DNA from: Macrostomum lignano
Lineage: Eukaryota
Direction: 5' to 3'
DNA: 37,533 nucleotides
Assembly (NCBI GenBank): GCA_002269645.1
Contig: NIVC01000589.1
Coordinates: forward strand, 1 to 37,533
This document shows positions 12,357 through 26,093 of this stretch, piece after piece. Made by a program: the position numbers and the translations under genes. Numbering within the stretch: position 1 is the stretch's first letter; each line of letters starts with the position of its first letter. Below the pieces are notes generated by a model. That model searched no databases. It was not told where the DNA came from and was given only the letters and a program-made list of their open reading frames with translations.

Positions 12357-12975
12357 CGCTTAGCTACCAGTCTGTAGGCTTAGCTACCAGTCTGTAGGCT
12401 TAGCTACCAGTCTGTAGGCTTAGCTACCAGTCTGTAGGCTTATCTACCAATCTGTAGGCTTATCTACCAGTCTGTAGGCTTATTTACCAGTCTGTAGGCT
12501 TAGCTACCAGTCTGTATGCTTATCTACCAGCCTGTAGGCTTATCTACCAGTCTGTAGGCTTAGCTACCAGTCTGTAGGCTTAGCTACCAGTCTGTAGGCT
12601 TATCTACCAGTCTGTAGGCTTATCTACCAGTCTGTAGGCTTAGCTACCAGTCTGTACGCTTAGCTACCAGTCTGTAGGCTTAGCTACCAGTCTGTAGGCG
12701 TAGCTATCAGTCTGTAAGCTTATCTACCAGTCTGTAGACTTATCTACCAGTCTGTAGGCTTATCTACCAGTCTGTAGGCTTATCTACCTGTCTGTAGGCT
12801 TATCTACCAGTCTGTAGGCTTATCTACCAGTCTGTAGGCTTAGCTACCAGTCTGTAGGCTTAGCTACCAGTCTGTAGGCTTATCTACTAGTCTGTAGGCT
12901 TATCTACCAGTCTGTAGGCTTAGCTACCAGTCTGTAGGCTTATCTACTAGTCTGTAGGCTTATCTACCAGTCTAG
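12357..12975. repeat. 20-bp minisatellite (TTAKCTACCAGTCTGTAGGC)
   Basis: About 30 near-perfect units. Confidence 0.97.
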
Positions 12976-13187
12976 CTAATAATCAGTAATAAGCTTAGCT
13001 AAAAATATTTACGTTTATCTACATCCACCTGTTTGCCAGCATAGCTGCGGGTTCCAGTAAGCGTGCAGTTCTCCTACTTTGTAGATTTTCATAAATGTAG
13101 CGACAATAAAACTGTAGACTATACAAGTAGTTTGACCAATGGAACTCTCAATAGACTAGGCAGACATTTGAAGCAATTCGAGTGAAT

Positions 13188-16100
13188 CTAGATGTATCGA
13201 TAGTCAGCTGAATCCAATCGCAAGTCGTCGGACACCGCCGCGGTTGCGTCTCCTTCGACATCATCGTCTGAGAAGTCGTCCTCGTCCGCGTAGATGTAGT
13301 CGCAATGAAGTCCAAAGCCCTGCCAGGCGTTCTCCCTACCCGAGGGACTGACATCGACAGCCAGACCAGAGTTGTTGGCGATGCAGAGACCACCCCCACT
13401 GCGCCCGCTGCTGCAGGCTACTGAATTTATTGTTGACTCAGTCTTTATTTCCGCCTGGTTCTGCTGATTCCGCAGCTGTTGCTGTTGTTTCTGGTTCTGA
13501 TTCTGACGTTGTCTTCTTCTCTGACGCCAGGATTTTCGTTTACTAATGAGACAGCGCCAGCCCAACCGGATGGCCAGATCGGCCAGCTCGGCTAAAAACG
13601 TGAGCGTCAATCCCAGATAGAAGGCCAGCGCCGCTCCCACCTGAGCAAAGAGAGCCGCTGAGGTGAGTACGAGAGTCTCATTGAATGTCCTGGTGGTAAA
13701 GTCTTGCCGGACAATCTTCAGCTTCACGTAGGGCAGCTGGTGGTACCAGGGGCGTCGGCAGACCGATTCGTTGAAGCTGTCGCCGCTGGCGTTGAGATGC
13801 TGCATCAAGTAGCTGTCTCTTTGATGCGCGGTCACCGTGGAATCCATCAGCATCCACATGTACCAGCAGTCCTGCCACGCCGACGCTCTATTGGCACTGC
13901 GCAGCACGTTCAGATCGTACACGATGCTCTGACAGGGCCGCGGGCAGGCCTTGGATGCGGCCGAGAAACTGGTGAGGTAGGTTCCGCCAGACAGACTGCA
14001 GTCCATTCTAGACACGGTCGAGTTGAGATTAGTCCAGTTGATTGCAAAGCAGAACGGCACCGTCGGGTCTGTACGCATTAGTCGCTGGGTGCAGGCGCAC
14101 CTGTCAATCACGTCCTGCTCGATTCGGTGCTCCAGACAAGCGTCGAAGTCGTTTGGATTGTTGCCAACCTCCGCGTCGCCGATTTCGCTTTGCTCGTCCT
14201 TGCCGATGCTGCAGTCGTTGTTGACGTACTTGCTTGTCGTGAAGCTGATTACGTTAATCTAAATGCAAAGGATGGAAGACTTCTGCTTGTTTTACTAAGC
14301 CTCCTTATCGATTTAATAGTGCCTGCATTAGTGACATGAAATACTGGTTTTACCCCATTGGGGACCTCTAATGTCTAACTCGACTGAATACTTCCTTGCC
14401 TGACATGGCACTCTGCATGTATACCCGGCGTTTGATACTTGCAACTGGATTGTTGAAATCACGATAAAAAATTAAAACTGAAAAAGTAGCACTAAAAACA
14501 AGCAAAGTTACGAGACTCAACTGTTTGTCAACTCTTGAGCCACATCAGTGGAGATGTCTCATTATTTACATTAAAAAAGAGTGCGTCTTAAGAGCCTCCG
14601 AAATACGCATTCGTGACTCAAGAGCGACTTGCACATTTTAAAGCGTTCTGCGGCTGGCAAAAAACCAAACCCAATGTTGGATATGGTTCAAAATCTTTGT
14701 TTTTAACTACTATACGGGTATATGCAAAAGTTTTTTTCTATACTTTTCAAGAGGGGTGTCCGGAAAGTTTTGAATAATTCCAGAGAAAAAGCAACTGCAA
14801 GCACAACTTTGGCGTCATTTTAAAGCGGTACATCTCTTCTTTCCAATGAATTCAGTTGCATGTATACTCAGCAACAGTCAAAAGTTCCACCCTCCAAATT
14901 GCGAAAACTTCACACTCACAATTCAATATCCCTCAAGTTACGCAACTAAGCTGCCGCGAGGAAGGGAAAGTTGATTGACTATCAATACTCGTAGTAAAAT
15001 CATAATTTTTTATGCAATATTCAGTTAGAATCGCGATGCGTGTGGGATCCCCTCGCACGCAGAAGTGCGACGACTCTGCGGGGAATCCCAATGATGAGGC
15101 GGCGCAGAAAGTCCTCGGGAAGCCGCTCCGAAGCGTTTTCAATGGCATGACGCAGAGCTCTCCGCAACATTCTATGGTGGATTCTCTTTTCGAATGCTAC
15201 GTTTTAGGAAGTCCCAGACATGCTCGATGGGATTCATGTCTGGGGACCGGGAGGGCCAGCGCAGAGTGCCAAGCCACCCCAAGCGGCAATAAGCTTTGCG
15301 CATGCCGTAGGTTGCGTCACTCGCAATAAGTGAAAAAATCATCTCGCTTAGTGGGGTGGAGCTTTTGACTGTTGCTGAGTATATTTTGGTCATTTCATTC
15401 GAAAGTTATGCCTGAAAAACCATCGCAATGCCACTGATAGTCTTACAGTAAAAGTTTAAAAATATAAAAAGCGATATTTTGTCCTCAAAGAAACCAATCT
15501 GTAGTCATTCATCATCATCATCAAACTTCAAGGCAGCCTTCTCAAAATAGTCTCCACCTGTAGCAATACACTTTTACCATCGCTTGAGCATTCCGTGCCT
15601 TCTTTTCGATTGCACACTCATGATGGTGTCATTAATCACAAAAATCAAAACGCTTGACTAAGCAAAATTTCGCGAGTTGCAAAACAGCGAGATTTGCTTA
15701 CAAGTGACGGAGTGTATAAAATACTCAACACAGAAGGGTTGGACGTTAAGAGAGGGATGCACTGTACATTGGAGCCGTTTTGTGTACGAGCGCACACTCG
15801 TATACCGCTCGTACGAGCGTACTTGCATGCTGCAAACAAGCTCCATAAAAACTAAGTTATGTACTTGATCTTCTCTGTAAGACAATCAGTGGCATTGCGA
15901 TTGTGTATATCACGCACAACTTTTGAATGAAATATGTAGCTCGTGTAACTACATCTCCAGAAATTTTATTTCAATCAAACTGTTACTTTTGAAAAGCTTT
16001 TCTTTTCTATTGAAGTAGTTTATCAAGAGTTTGTGATACTTTTGCATTGCTAACTTGGATTTGGTGTATCAGACGCAAACTGCACTACTGTACTTTATTT

Positions 16101-18221
16101 ACAGCCAGGAAAATATGTAAAAAAAATTTTTAGCCTCTACAGCAGTAAAATGCAAACAATTTTTCTGCTTCTTTACATTTCCCAGCGTCTTTATTACTGA
16201 CATTTACATGGCTTGTCTTGGAAGTGCAACCGATCATTATATTAATGACATAAAGTGTGCATGCCTTTTCCCATATCTTCTGCTGCATTACTGCAGACTG
16301 AGAGCACTGAGGTCTTATAAAATTTACATAATATTTGTTTTAGTTAGCTTGCTTCTCTGTCGAAGTAGCTGTCAAAGTGCGTACTTTTGCGCTCGTACAT
16401 CGACGTTTGGCCGACGTCCATCAGCGTCGGCGGGTAAGATCAAGCTTCACAGTCGAAGTAACTCACCATAACTCCATTCTAGTAAGGTGCGAGTGACTTT
16501 TTCTTACTGATAATCCTCTGAGCTTAGCCACCGCGCATAGACTGTGCCTAGCCATAGTCGCTCACTCGAAATCTCTAAATGCAAATTTTGCTATCCAGCA
16601 TCGCTCATGTTTATACCGATGGTTTGTCGGATTAGACACGCAGAAAAATTTCTCTGCACTTGACCTCGAAAATTTTGTTTCATCCGTGATCTTTGCATGC
16701 CTTATCGAGAATCGGCAGGCATACAGTTCGATAGGAATTCTCCGACGTCCTTTGCATGTTCCAGTTCAAGTGGAGTATTTGGAGTATTTGCTCTCCAGTC
16801 CGTTCCTTATTTAAAGACAATCAAACAAAGCTGTATTCTGTCGGAGAAGCCCTTTCTTCAATTCAGATTGACTTGGCGCTAATCCGAAGGATAAGTCGAG
16901 AAAATCGCTACGACGAGGGAATCAAATGAAATTAGTCACCTCAGTACGTGCAGGCTTGTGGCATTAATCCTCATAAATTTTAAGAGTACACATATTGATT
17001 GCTTGACCCGGAATGATCTCGATGTTTCATATATAAGTAGCTTTTTAAGTGATACGTAGCCATTAGGTTAAGCAGAATTGGATGAGGATAGTACTCACAT
17101 CCGACTGATGAGCGGTGAGCATAACAGTCTCGTCAAAGTTTGGCTTCTTCTTCGCCTCGTGCAGCACTACCTGCATAGTGGTGTACTTTTTCAGCGTGTC
17201 GCGCAAGAAGCTGGCATTCTCGTACGGCCCGAAGCCGTCACGCGGCTCGGAACGACCAGCTGGCAACACCAGAAAGATGGACTTTAGCGCCTGGGAGAAT
17301 GCACGATTGGCGAAGCTTAGCGTATAGCAGTTTAGGTAGATGGGATGCAGCCATCGCGTCACCGTCAGATTACAACTGTTTCTGTCGTAGTACTTGAACA
17401 CCGGCTGGCCATGGTCAAACGGGTTGATGGCGCAGAAGTAGAACGGCTGAGTGTGGCCCAGCTGCATCAAGTTTGTCAGGTTGTCCACATTCTGGAAGTA
17501 GGCCTCTCTCTGGTCCAGTCTGAGCAGCGCCGATAGCAGCTGCCGATTTTCCCGAGTTGGTGCCCGCATCAGCTGCAGAGCGGCCTGGCGAACTTTCCGA
17601 CTGTATTCGTTTGGGGACTCGACGGCGCCGCTAGACCAAAGTTCCGTTGCACCGTCAGAGAACGGGTCAGACACGCAGAAGGACACCGCGGGAAAGGCTT
17701 CCAGGTGGCCGTAGATCTTTTGTTGCTGAACAGTGGTCTCGCGTTTCAAATACTTCTCCAATAGGAAGGCAACCTTCAAGAATGGTTGGTTGTACGACGT
17801 AAGTAAAGTTTGCTCATTGTCTTGCTAGTAATTTTTAAAAGTTCATAATTTCACACACTCTTAAAGTCTTTACGACCATCCCAGCTTGAAGGTTTACACT
17901 TTTTAATGTTTAATTTTTGATTTTGTGAAGTTTAATGCCTTCAACGATGCGAAATTTTACCGCCATGTCTTACCCTTTGTCAATACTAACCTGAGACATT
18001 GCCAGCACAAAGCTACTGAGCAGAAACACAGTCCAGAAGACTCGCAATAGCCTAGTTGGTGAGAACAGCGTCCGTTTAAGTCCGCGAATGCTCGAGTTGG
18101 CAACAAAGTCGTGTAGCGCTTCGCGACACTCGCGCGCCAGGCTGCCTCCATTGCTTGCTGCGCCGCTTGCGTTAGGCATGCTGGCTTTTTTCGACAGTTT
18201 TCGAGTTCCACGACGGGCCAT
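13188..18221 (-). CDS. DEG/ENaC (amiloride-sensitive/ASIC-like) channel subunit, ~658 aa. Exons 18221-17991, 17773-17099, 14258-13188
   Basis: TM1 region (HDFVANSSIRGLKR...LRVFWTVFLL), post-TM1 FPAVSFC, WLHPIYLNCYT (cf. GNCYTFN), Cys-rich thumb (CxC...CPRPC) and TM2 LFAQVGAALAFYLGLTLTFLAEL. Both introns are GT-AG phase 0 and all exon lengths are multiples of 3. Confidence 0.92.
14751..15932 (-). mobile_element. Mariner-like DNA transposon remnant, internally deleted and interrupted by a Tc1 insertion
   Basis: Mariner-type end GAGGGGTGTCCGGAAAGT at 14751. Inverted pair 15392-15447 / 15876-15932. Minus strand 15600-15505 reads RW*KCIATGGDYFEK, matching the mariner transposase C-terminus RWxKCIxxxGDYFE. 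Confidence 0.7.
14865..15381 (-). mobile_element. Tc1-like transposon, internally deleted (~517 bp)
   Basis: Terminal inverted repeats TACTCAGCAACAGTCAAAAG(T/C)TCCACC with TA at both ends. Degenerate transposase C-terminus WPSRSPDMNPIEHVWDFLKR...LRHAIEN...IPRRVVALLRARGSHT, with a stop and a frameshift. Confidence 0.92.
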
Positions 18222-19609
18222 TCTGATCTATCCGTCTGATCAATTTAGTCATTCTCTTACTTGTTTCTTGGCCGACAATTTCCCACTGTCGGAGTATTTC
18301 ATTCAGAAATAGGGGAACACCGAAAGTCGAGCTTCTACCAATAGCTGGTAGAGAAAGAAACTCAGCCCCAAGCCTATTGGATCGCGCGCGAGACCCTGAA
18401 GACGCCTAACAGTCCGTCGACCTCTCGCTAGATAAGCTCTCTATAAGACAGTCGCTGCCTCTACAAAAGCCAGCAGCGCCAGGACGTTGCCTGTCTGCCT
18501 GTACGGTGGCATTATCCGGACTAGAAATCGATAGATGGCCCCGATTATGGCAACCGCCTGTTTTCTGTGTCTCTGAGCCTTTAATGGCTTAGCATTTCCT
18601 TTCGCTAGGCGAGACGCTGAAGTGCTCACTTGCTCCACTATAAGGGCTTTCCATTTGCTCAACAATTTTTTAATGTCAGCCTGCGGAGCAAAGCTGCGGG
18701 AAAAATCATATAATTAATTCACCTCGCCGTCAGGGAGACTCAGCCCTTGCCGAGTCGATTTTCATGTTTTACCGAATAAACACAGACATTTTTTTCGGGA
18801 TGGCGAGGGAGTTGCGCTCTGGACCAAAAAATCTCCCCTTCCAGTCGCTCTAACCAGAAAGTTTTGCACTTTTAAGCCAAATTCTGGATATTAGAAAGCG
18901 CTGGAAACTCCAGGTCGCACAGTAGGATTTAGCAAATTATTCTATAAAGTCTATTAAGAAAAACAAAGTTTCAAAGTCAGGACTTTTTTTCATTTTTTTC
19001 TTCCAACATCAGATAAGTTCGCGGGCATACATTTACTCAAAGCAGAAAAAGCATCGACAGTTGCTTGAAAACGAAAATACAAGCCAACTGTGAGCCTCTC
19101 ATGACATTATATCTGGTGGCACCTCCATCTATGCAGCACTCGATATACTTGCTAAATTTCCATTAGCTTCCCAAATTACTGTCTCATTCGGTTCATTTCC
19201 TTTGCAGGCTAAGGGAGCCAGTCTCGCAAGCGCGGTGGCTAATGCAAAAAAGTACAAGCAGTACCGAACGAACGCTTCAATTTTATAAGTAGGATCATAA
19301 GATGATGTCCAGCATCAGTAGCAAGTTTGTATTAATAATTTGCAAGAGAATAAACTAAGTTGACACAGTTGATCGATGCCTAAAGAACGTGACCAAAATA
19401 TCAAAAAAGTAAGTTAATGAAAACACGATCAAGACTTGGGGCTAAAAGCTTCGCAAACTAACTGTTCGTTTCTGTTTGAGCAGGTCACGAAAAGTGTAGT
19501 TGTTTAAGTGTCCCGGTGTGGAATATCGCTTTAAGTGTTAAGGAAAGCTTATTCCAGCGGGTTCTCTTGCCATGAAATGAAGAATAGGAAACTACTAGTA
19601 GGTGGGGTA

Positions 19610-20026
19610 GTGAAGTGGGTGAATGAGCATTGAAGTAGGTGAATGAGCAGTGGAGTAGGCGAATGAGCAGTGGAGTAGGTGAATGAGCAGTGGAGTAGGT
19701 GAATGAGCAGTGGAGTAGGTGAATGAGCAGTGGAGTAGGTGAATGAGCAGTGGAGTAGGTGAATGAGCAGTGGAGTAGGTGAATGAGCAGTGGAGTAGGT
19801 GAATGAGCAGTGGAGTAGGTGAATGAGCAGTGGAGTAGGTGAATGAGCAGTGGAGTAGGTGAATGAGCAGTGGAGTAGATGAATGAGCAGTGGAGTAGGC
19901 GAATGAGCAGTGGAGTAGGTGAATGAGCAGTGGAGTAGGTGAATGAGCAGTGAAGTAGGTGAATGAGCAGTGAAGTAGGTGAATGAGCAGTGGAATAAGG
20001 TGAATGAGCAGTGGAATAAGGTGAAT
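19610..20026. repeat. 20-bp minisatellite (GAATGAGCAGTGGAGTAGGT)
   Basis: About 20 near-perfect units. Confidence 0.97.
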
Positions 20027-20132
20027 AGGCTAATGTTATCCTACATGTATGTTACAATGTTATATAAATTCGATGAAGTTTCAATGGCGCTGCCACGCAA
20101 ATCAGTCAAACTTATTGAAGCCAATTCTCAGT

Positions 20133-21776
<1,644 letters not shown>

Positions 21777-22245
21777 TATTTTTTGCCTGTGAGACCGGTG
21801 CAAATGAAATGGATAAGCAGCTGGAGCTGTCAAGTCAAGTCAGGCTCAAACTGGAACCCGCAGTGTGTTGGCAAGCTGTAGACAGCCAGTTTTCAAGCTC
21901 AACTTTAGAATGCGCCAAGTTAAAGTAGGGTTCGCGCACGAGACCGCTGGCGGTGGGACGCGAGATATCAGAAAAAACTGAGCTTTTGTATTTGAAAACA
22001 CCGCGATTGCCGTGAAATGGCTGCCACAATTTAAAAATGCGAAAATGCGCCCAGCAGGTAAGAAAGGGAAGTTTAGAATGAAGTTTATGAACGGGTCATA
22101 CAGGCTGCAGCGCGTTTTTTGTGTAGTAAGTTTTTTATTGTTTATCTATTTTTAGATATGAGAAATAGGGCATAGTAAAGCTGTAAAGAGAGCGCTGCAT
22201 ATTAGCTGAAAAGACATGAACCATGAAAAAGGCAGTCAGACGAAC

Positions 22246-22780
<535 letters not shown>

Positions 22781-23115
22781 TAGATAAGCTTTGTAGGATA
22801 AACTTAAATAGTGAGTATTATATATATATATAGACATATATATATGTATATTATCTGAATAGATTATTCGAAGTCGGTGATTAAAAACTTCTGTTCCACA
22901 GACAAAAACCGATTGATAGCAAAATAAGTACAAGTATCACATGCAGCAGACGAGGTTATCATGTAAACAAACATTCTTGTAAATTATTCATTTCTGTTAA
23001 TATCACATTGCTAAGGTGAATACGTCGGCTGTATAAGCAATAAAACAGTCTTTTCCAAAGTGATGTTTCATGAACTGCGCCCCATAAAATTTGTCAGGAA
23101 CAGAAGGCCACTGGT

Positions 23116-23873
23116 TTAGTTGTCCAAGGCCTCAGCGGCAATGCAGCCGCAGTATTCGTTGGCGCAGGTTCCGTCTTTAGCATTGACGGCAGCGCTTGGG
23201 GGGCAGGCAGAGGCGGCGGTGACAGCGGCGGCGGCAGCGGCGGCCTCCCTGAAGCTGTCGCGCCAAATTCTGGCCTCTTCGCGTCGCTTCCGAGCTCTCC
23301 GATTTTGGAACCAAATTTTCACCTGAAAAGGAAACAGTTGCGGCGTATGCATGCTAAGTAAATAAAGTCAAATGGAAAGAGGTGGACAGATCTCGTGACT
23401 AACTTTGTCTAACCTGCTGCAGTAGAAAGTCCTATAGCAATAGCTACCGCAACAAAGGAAAACAAGACAAAATAATTTGCTGCCCGACATAGGTAAAGAA
23501 CACTGCTTCTTGCTTGCAAATACATTCATTGAAATTTGCTCACCCTGGACTCGCTAATGTTGAGCAGCAGAGCCAGCTGTCGAACCTCTAGTCCGCTCAG
23601 GTAGAGCGTGTCCTGAAACTTGGCTTCCAATATCTGCACCTGCATGCGACTGAACGGCACTCTAGGGCTGCGGTTTTTAACTGCGACCCCGCTAGAGCCT
23701 CCGGCATGGCCCGCAGATAGTCCAGTAGCCCAGTCAAGCCAGCCCCTCGGCAGAGGCTGCACCGGAGAGTCGATCCTGGCCGGCGCAGGCGGCTCGTTCT
23801 TCTCCAGCAGCCTGTCTACGGAGAAGTTCAGGCTCAGATTCGCGCCTTGCGAGCGCTCGCCAATGTCGGACAT
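23116..23873 (-). CDS. Msxlx: NK-class homeobox protein, most similar to Msxlx, 178 aa. Exons 23873-23544 and 23322-23116
   Basis: Homeodomain NRSPRVPFSRMQVQILEAKFQDTLYLSGLEVRQLALLLNISESR|VKIWFQNRRARKRREE. PRxPF and RVKIWFQNRRARxRRE match Msxlx as recalled. eh1 motif LNFSVDRLL; phase-0 intron between homeodomain codons 44 and 45. Confidence 0.85.
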
Positions 23874-23917
23874 TTCTATCTTCTTAAGGAGCTGCTGCTA
23901 AAATCGCGAAAAGACTG

Positions 23918-23956
23918 GACTGAAAGACTGGAGCGCAAAAAACTCCGGGTATTTAT
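23918..23956 (-). promoter_or_regulatory. Candidate core promoter of the homeobox gene
   Basis: ATAAATA at 23956-23950, 27-35 nt upstream of Inr-like CCAGTC/TCAGTC and about 50 nt before the ATG. Confidence 0.3.
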
Positions 23957-25344
23957 CCCTCCAAAAAAGCAATCAAGGTCTTAGCCACCTTTGCAAGAAG
24001 TGGCTTCGAATATCAAACCCATCTGTTGCAGATTCCGGCCCTACTCTGATTACCAATCTTACCTGTCTCGGAGAGTCGAAAACCTTGGACTAATTAGCTG
24101 AGATCATCTTCTCACTGGGCATTTGATGCAGCGAATCATTGTGCCGTGCAGGTGAACTCAAGATGCAGACGACGACTAATTGAAATTGAAAAGAAGTGCA
24201 ACAACGAGCATCTTTTGGTTTAGGAAATGAGTTGGCTAAGTACCATCGTCGGGATTTTCGACTCTTCGAACCTAAAGACATCGGCGTTAAGCATGTCACC
24301 AGCGGGGCTTCCTATCACTACAATCGCAGCTTAGCAGAGCAGATCAATGCTAGATGCGTTTGACTGTTTTTATGACTGTAATTTCATGATGAGTCATGAT
24401 GAGGTAACCGTCACAGTGATGTGGTAACAGTCACAACGGTTTTAGAAGAGAGAGAAAACCTTTTACTTATTTATGATCCTCCAATTCTTAGACTGTTGAA
24501 AAAGCTATTTAATGATTTATTCTACGAGTAAAGGAGTGCAGTTTAAAAATTTTCGAGCAGTGCAAATAAGTTTACTTTAATAAACTTTGAATTATTCGTT
24601 TGCAAAATGCGCACTACGCATCAAATTCAAAATTGGCATAGAGATCAATTGAAACCGGCGTATTAAATGCATCAAAACTTGCTAAATTTCTATCTATCTT
24701 AATTTACTTTAATTGTGGTCGACTCTGCATATAATTTATAACATTAGCAGACTACCAAGGCCTGCCATTTAGCTTGCAATTAAGTTCCCTGTCTAATTCT
24801 CATAATTGCTCTTTGGAATAAATGCTTGAACCGTTGCATTAGATAAGTCATGTCTCGAGGCTTTAGCCTCATCAAAAGAGACTGAAGTGAATTTTTCTTC
24901 GTTAAATGGCTGCCCGATAAAAATCAACTGTGACTGTCCAGCATTTCCAACTCTGTTTACAGCAAACATTAATAACAATTTCTGTCAAAAAAAAGCTAAC
25001 CGACTGACGTCCATAGCGCCACTGGGTCTCGGCGTGGATGATGGACCATCATGAAACTGGCCTTCTCTCGAATGTAGCCTGTAGTATAAAAATGCATTAT
25101 TTCAGCCTGCAGTGGCCTCTGTGCAGTGGCTAGGCCGTCGTTTGCGGTATAACTTTCACTGCATTCAGCCCAGTGTTTATAAAAATAAAAGTAAATCATA
25201 AAAGTTTGCTTTCGTTTAGCGCTGGTGCCAATATGCTGTAAGTTTTTCTTAATTCATTAAGGTACACTAAGCAACCTCTTGACGCAGTTGGGCACGTAGG
25301 AATTTTAATTGGAGGGAATGCAACCCCAAGAGGCGCCAATATTC

Positions 25345-25515
25345 TGGTGGGCGCCTCGGTCTCTCGACAGGCGCCCCTATCTCTCGGTGGGCGCCTCTGT
25401 CTCTCGGTGGGCGCCTCTGTCTCTCGGTGGGCGCCCCTGTCTCTCGGTGGGCGCCTCTGTCTCTCGGTGGGCGCCTCTGTCTCTCGGTGGGCGCCCCTGT
25501 CTCTCGGTGGGCGCT
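25345..25515. repeat. 20-bp minisatellite (GCGCCYCTGTCTCTCGGTGG), same family as 5789-6215
   Basis: About 8 units differing from the first array by 1-2 substitutions. Confidence 0.93.
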
Positions 25516-26093
25516 TCTTACCCCTACCCTACCTCAGTCCAGTTATAGAGGAGCGCAATTTCATGAGGGCTATGGGGTGCCCCTTGCCCCTCTGGGCACG
25601 TAACTTTCTTGACAACTCTTGACGTCTTCGATAGTCATTTCCCGTTTCGAGTTCGTCTTCTTCCATTGCTTAAACTACAGGAGCAGATTACCACAGTCCA
25701 GCTTCCGTACCAAATTTCCCACCGCCGGACATTGTTTACGTACCCGACGCCGATAGATGTCTATGGCAAGTGGGTACTTTGACATTGCGCCGACGTACAA
25801 AAATTTGAGAATTGTGCGAATTATTTGTTTTTTTCCGTCTGAGGTACTTTTTGTAAAAATTGGGCTGAACGTTGGCGAAATGTAAAAGTACAAATTTTCC
25901 ATTCATGTTTCGGGCACTCGTTGTAGCAGCATCTGTCGACGTCTCCGACTTCGCATCGTTTTAGAACAGTTTTGAGAAATATCGCTTAAAAATATTCATA
26001 TGCTTCACTGAATTTTTTTCACAGCTCGTGCGATCAATGAAATCTAAAAAAACTTTTAATTTTAAATGTCATGACTGACTCCTGACATTGCAG

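Noticed and set aside
1082-12975. Regular 17-30 bp repeats as CRISPR arrays
   Set aside because: Units are head-to-tail with no unique spacers, there are no cas genes, and the context is eukaryotic and intronic.
16450-16900. Open stretches in ENaC intron 2 as extra exons
   Set aside because: Exons 2 and 3 already join in phase with a continuous domain; these stretches contain stops and have no ENaC similarity.
24793-25199. Two adjacent minus-strand ORFs with faint fucolectin-like words (ANDG, NR, LSN)
   Set aside because: Key motifs are missing, and joining them needs an implausible 19-nt intron.
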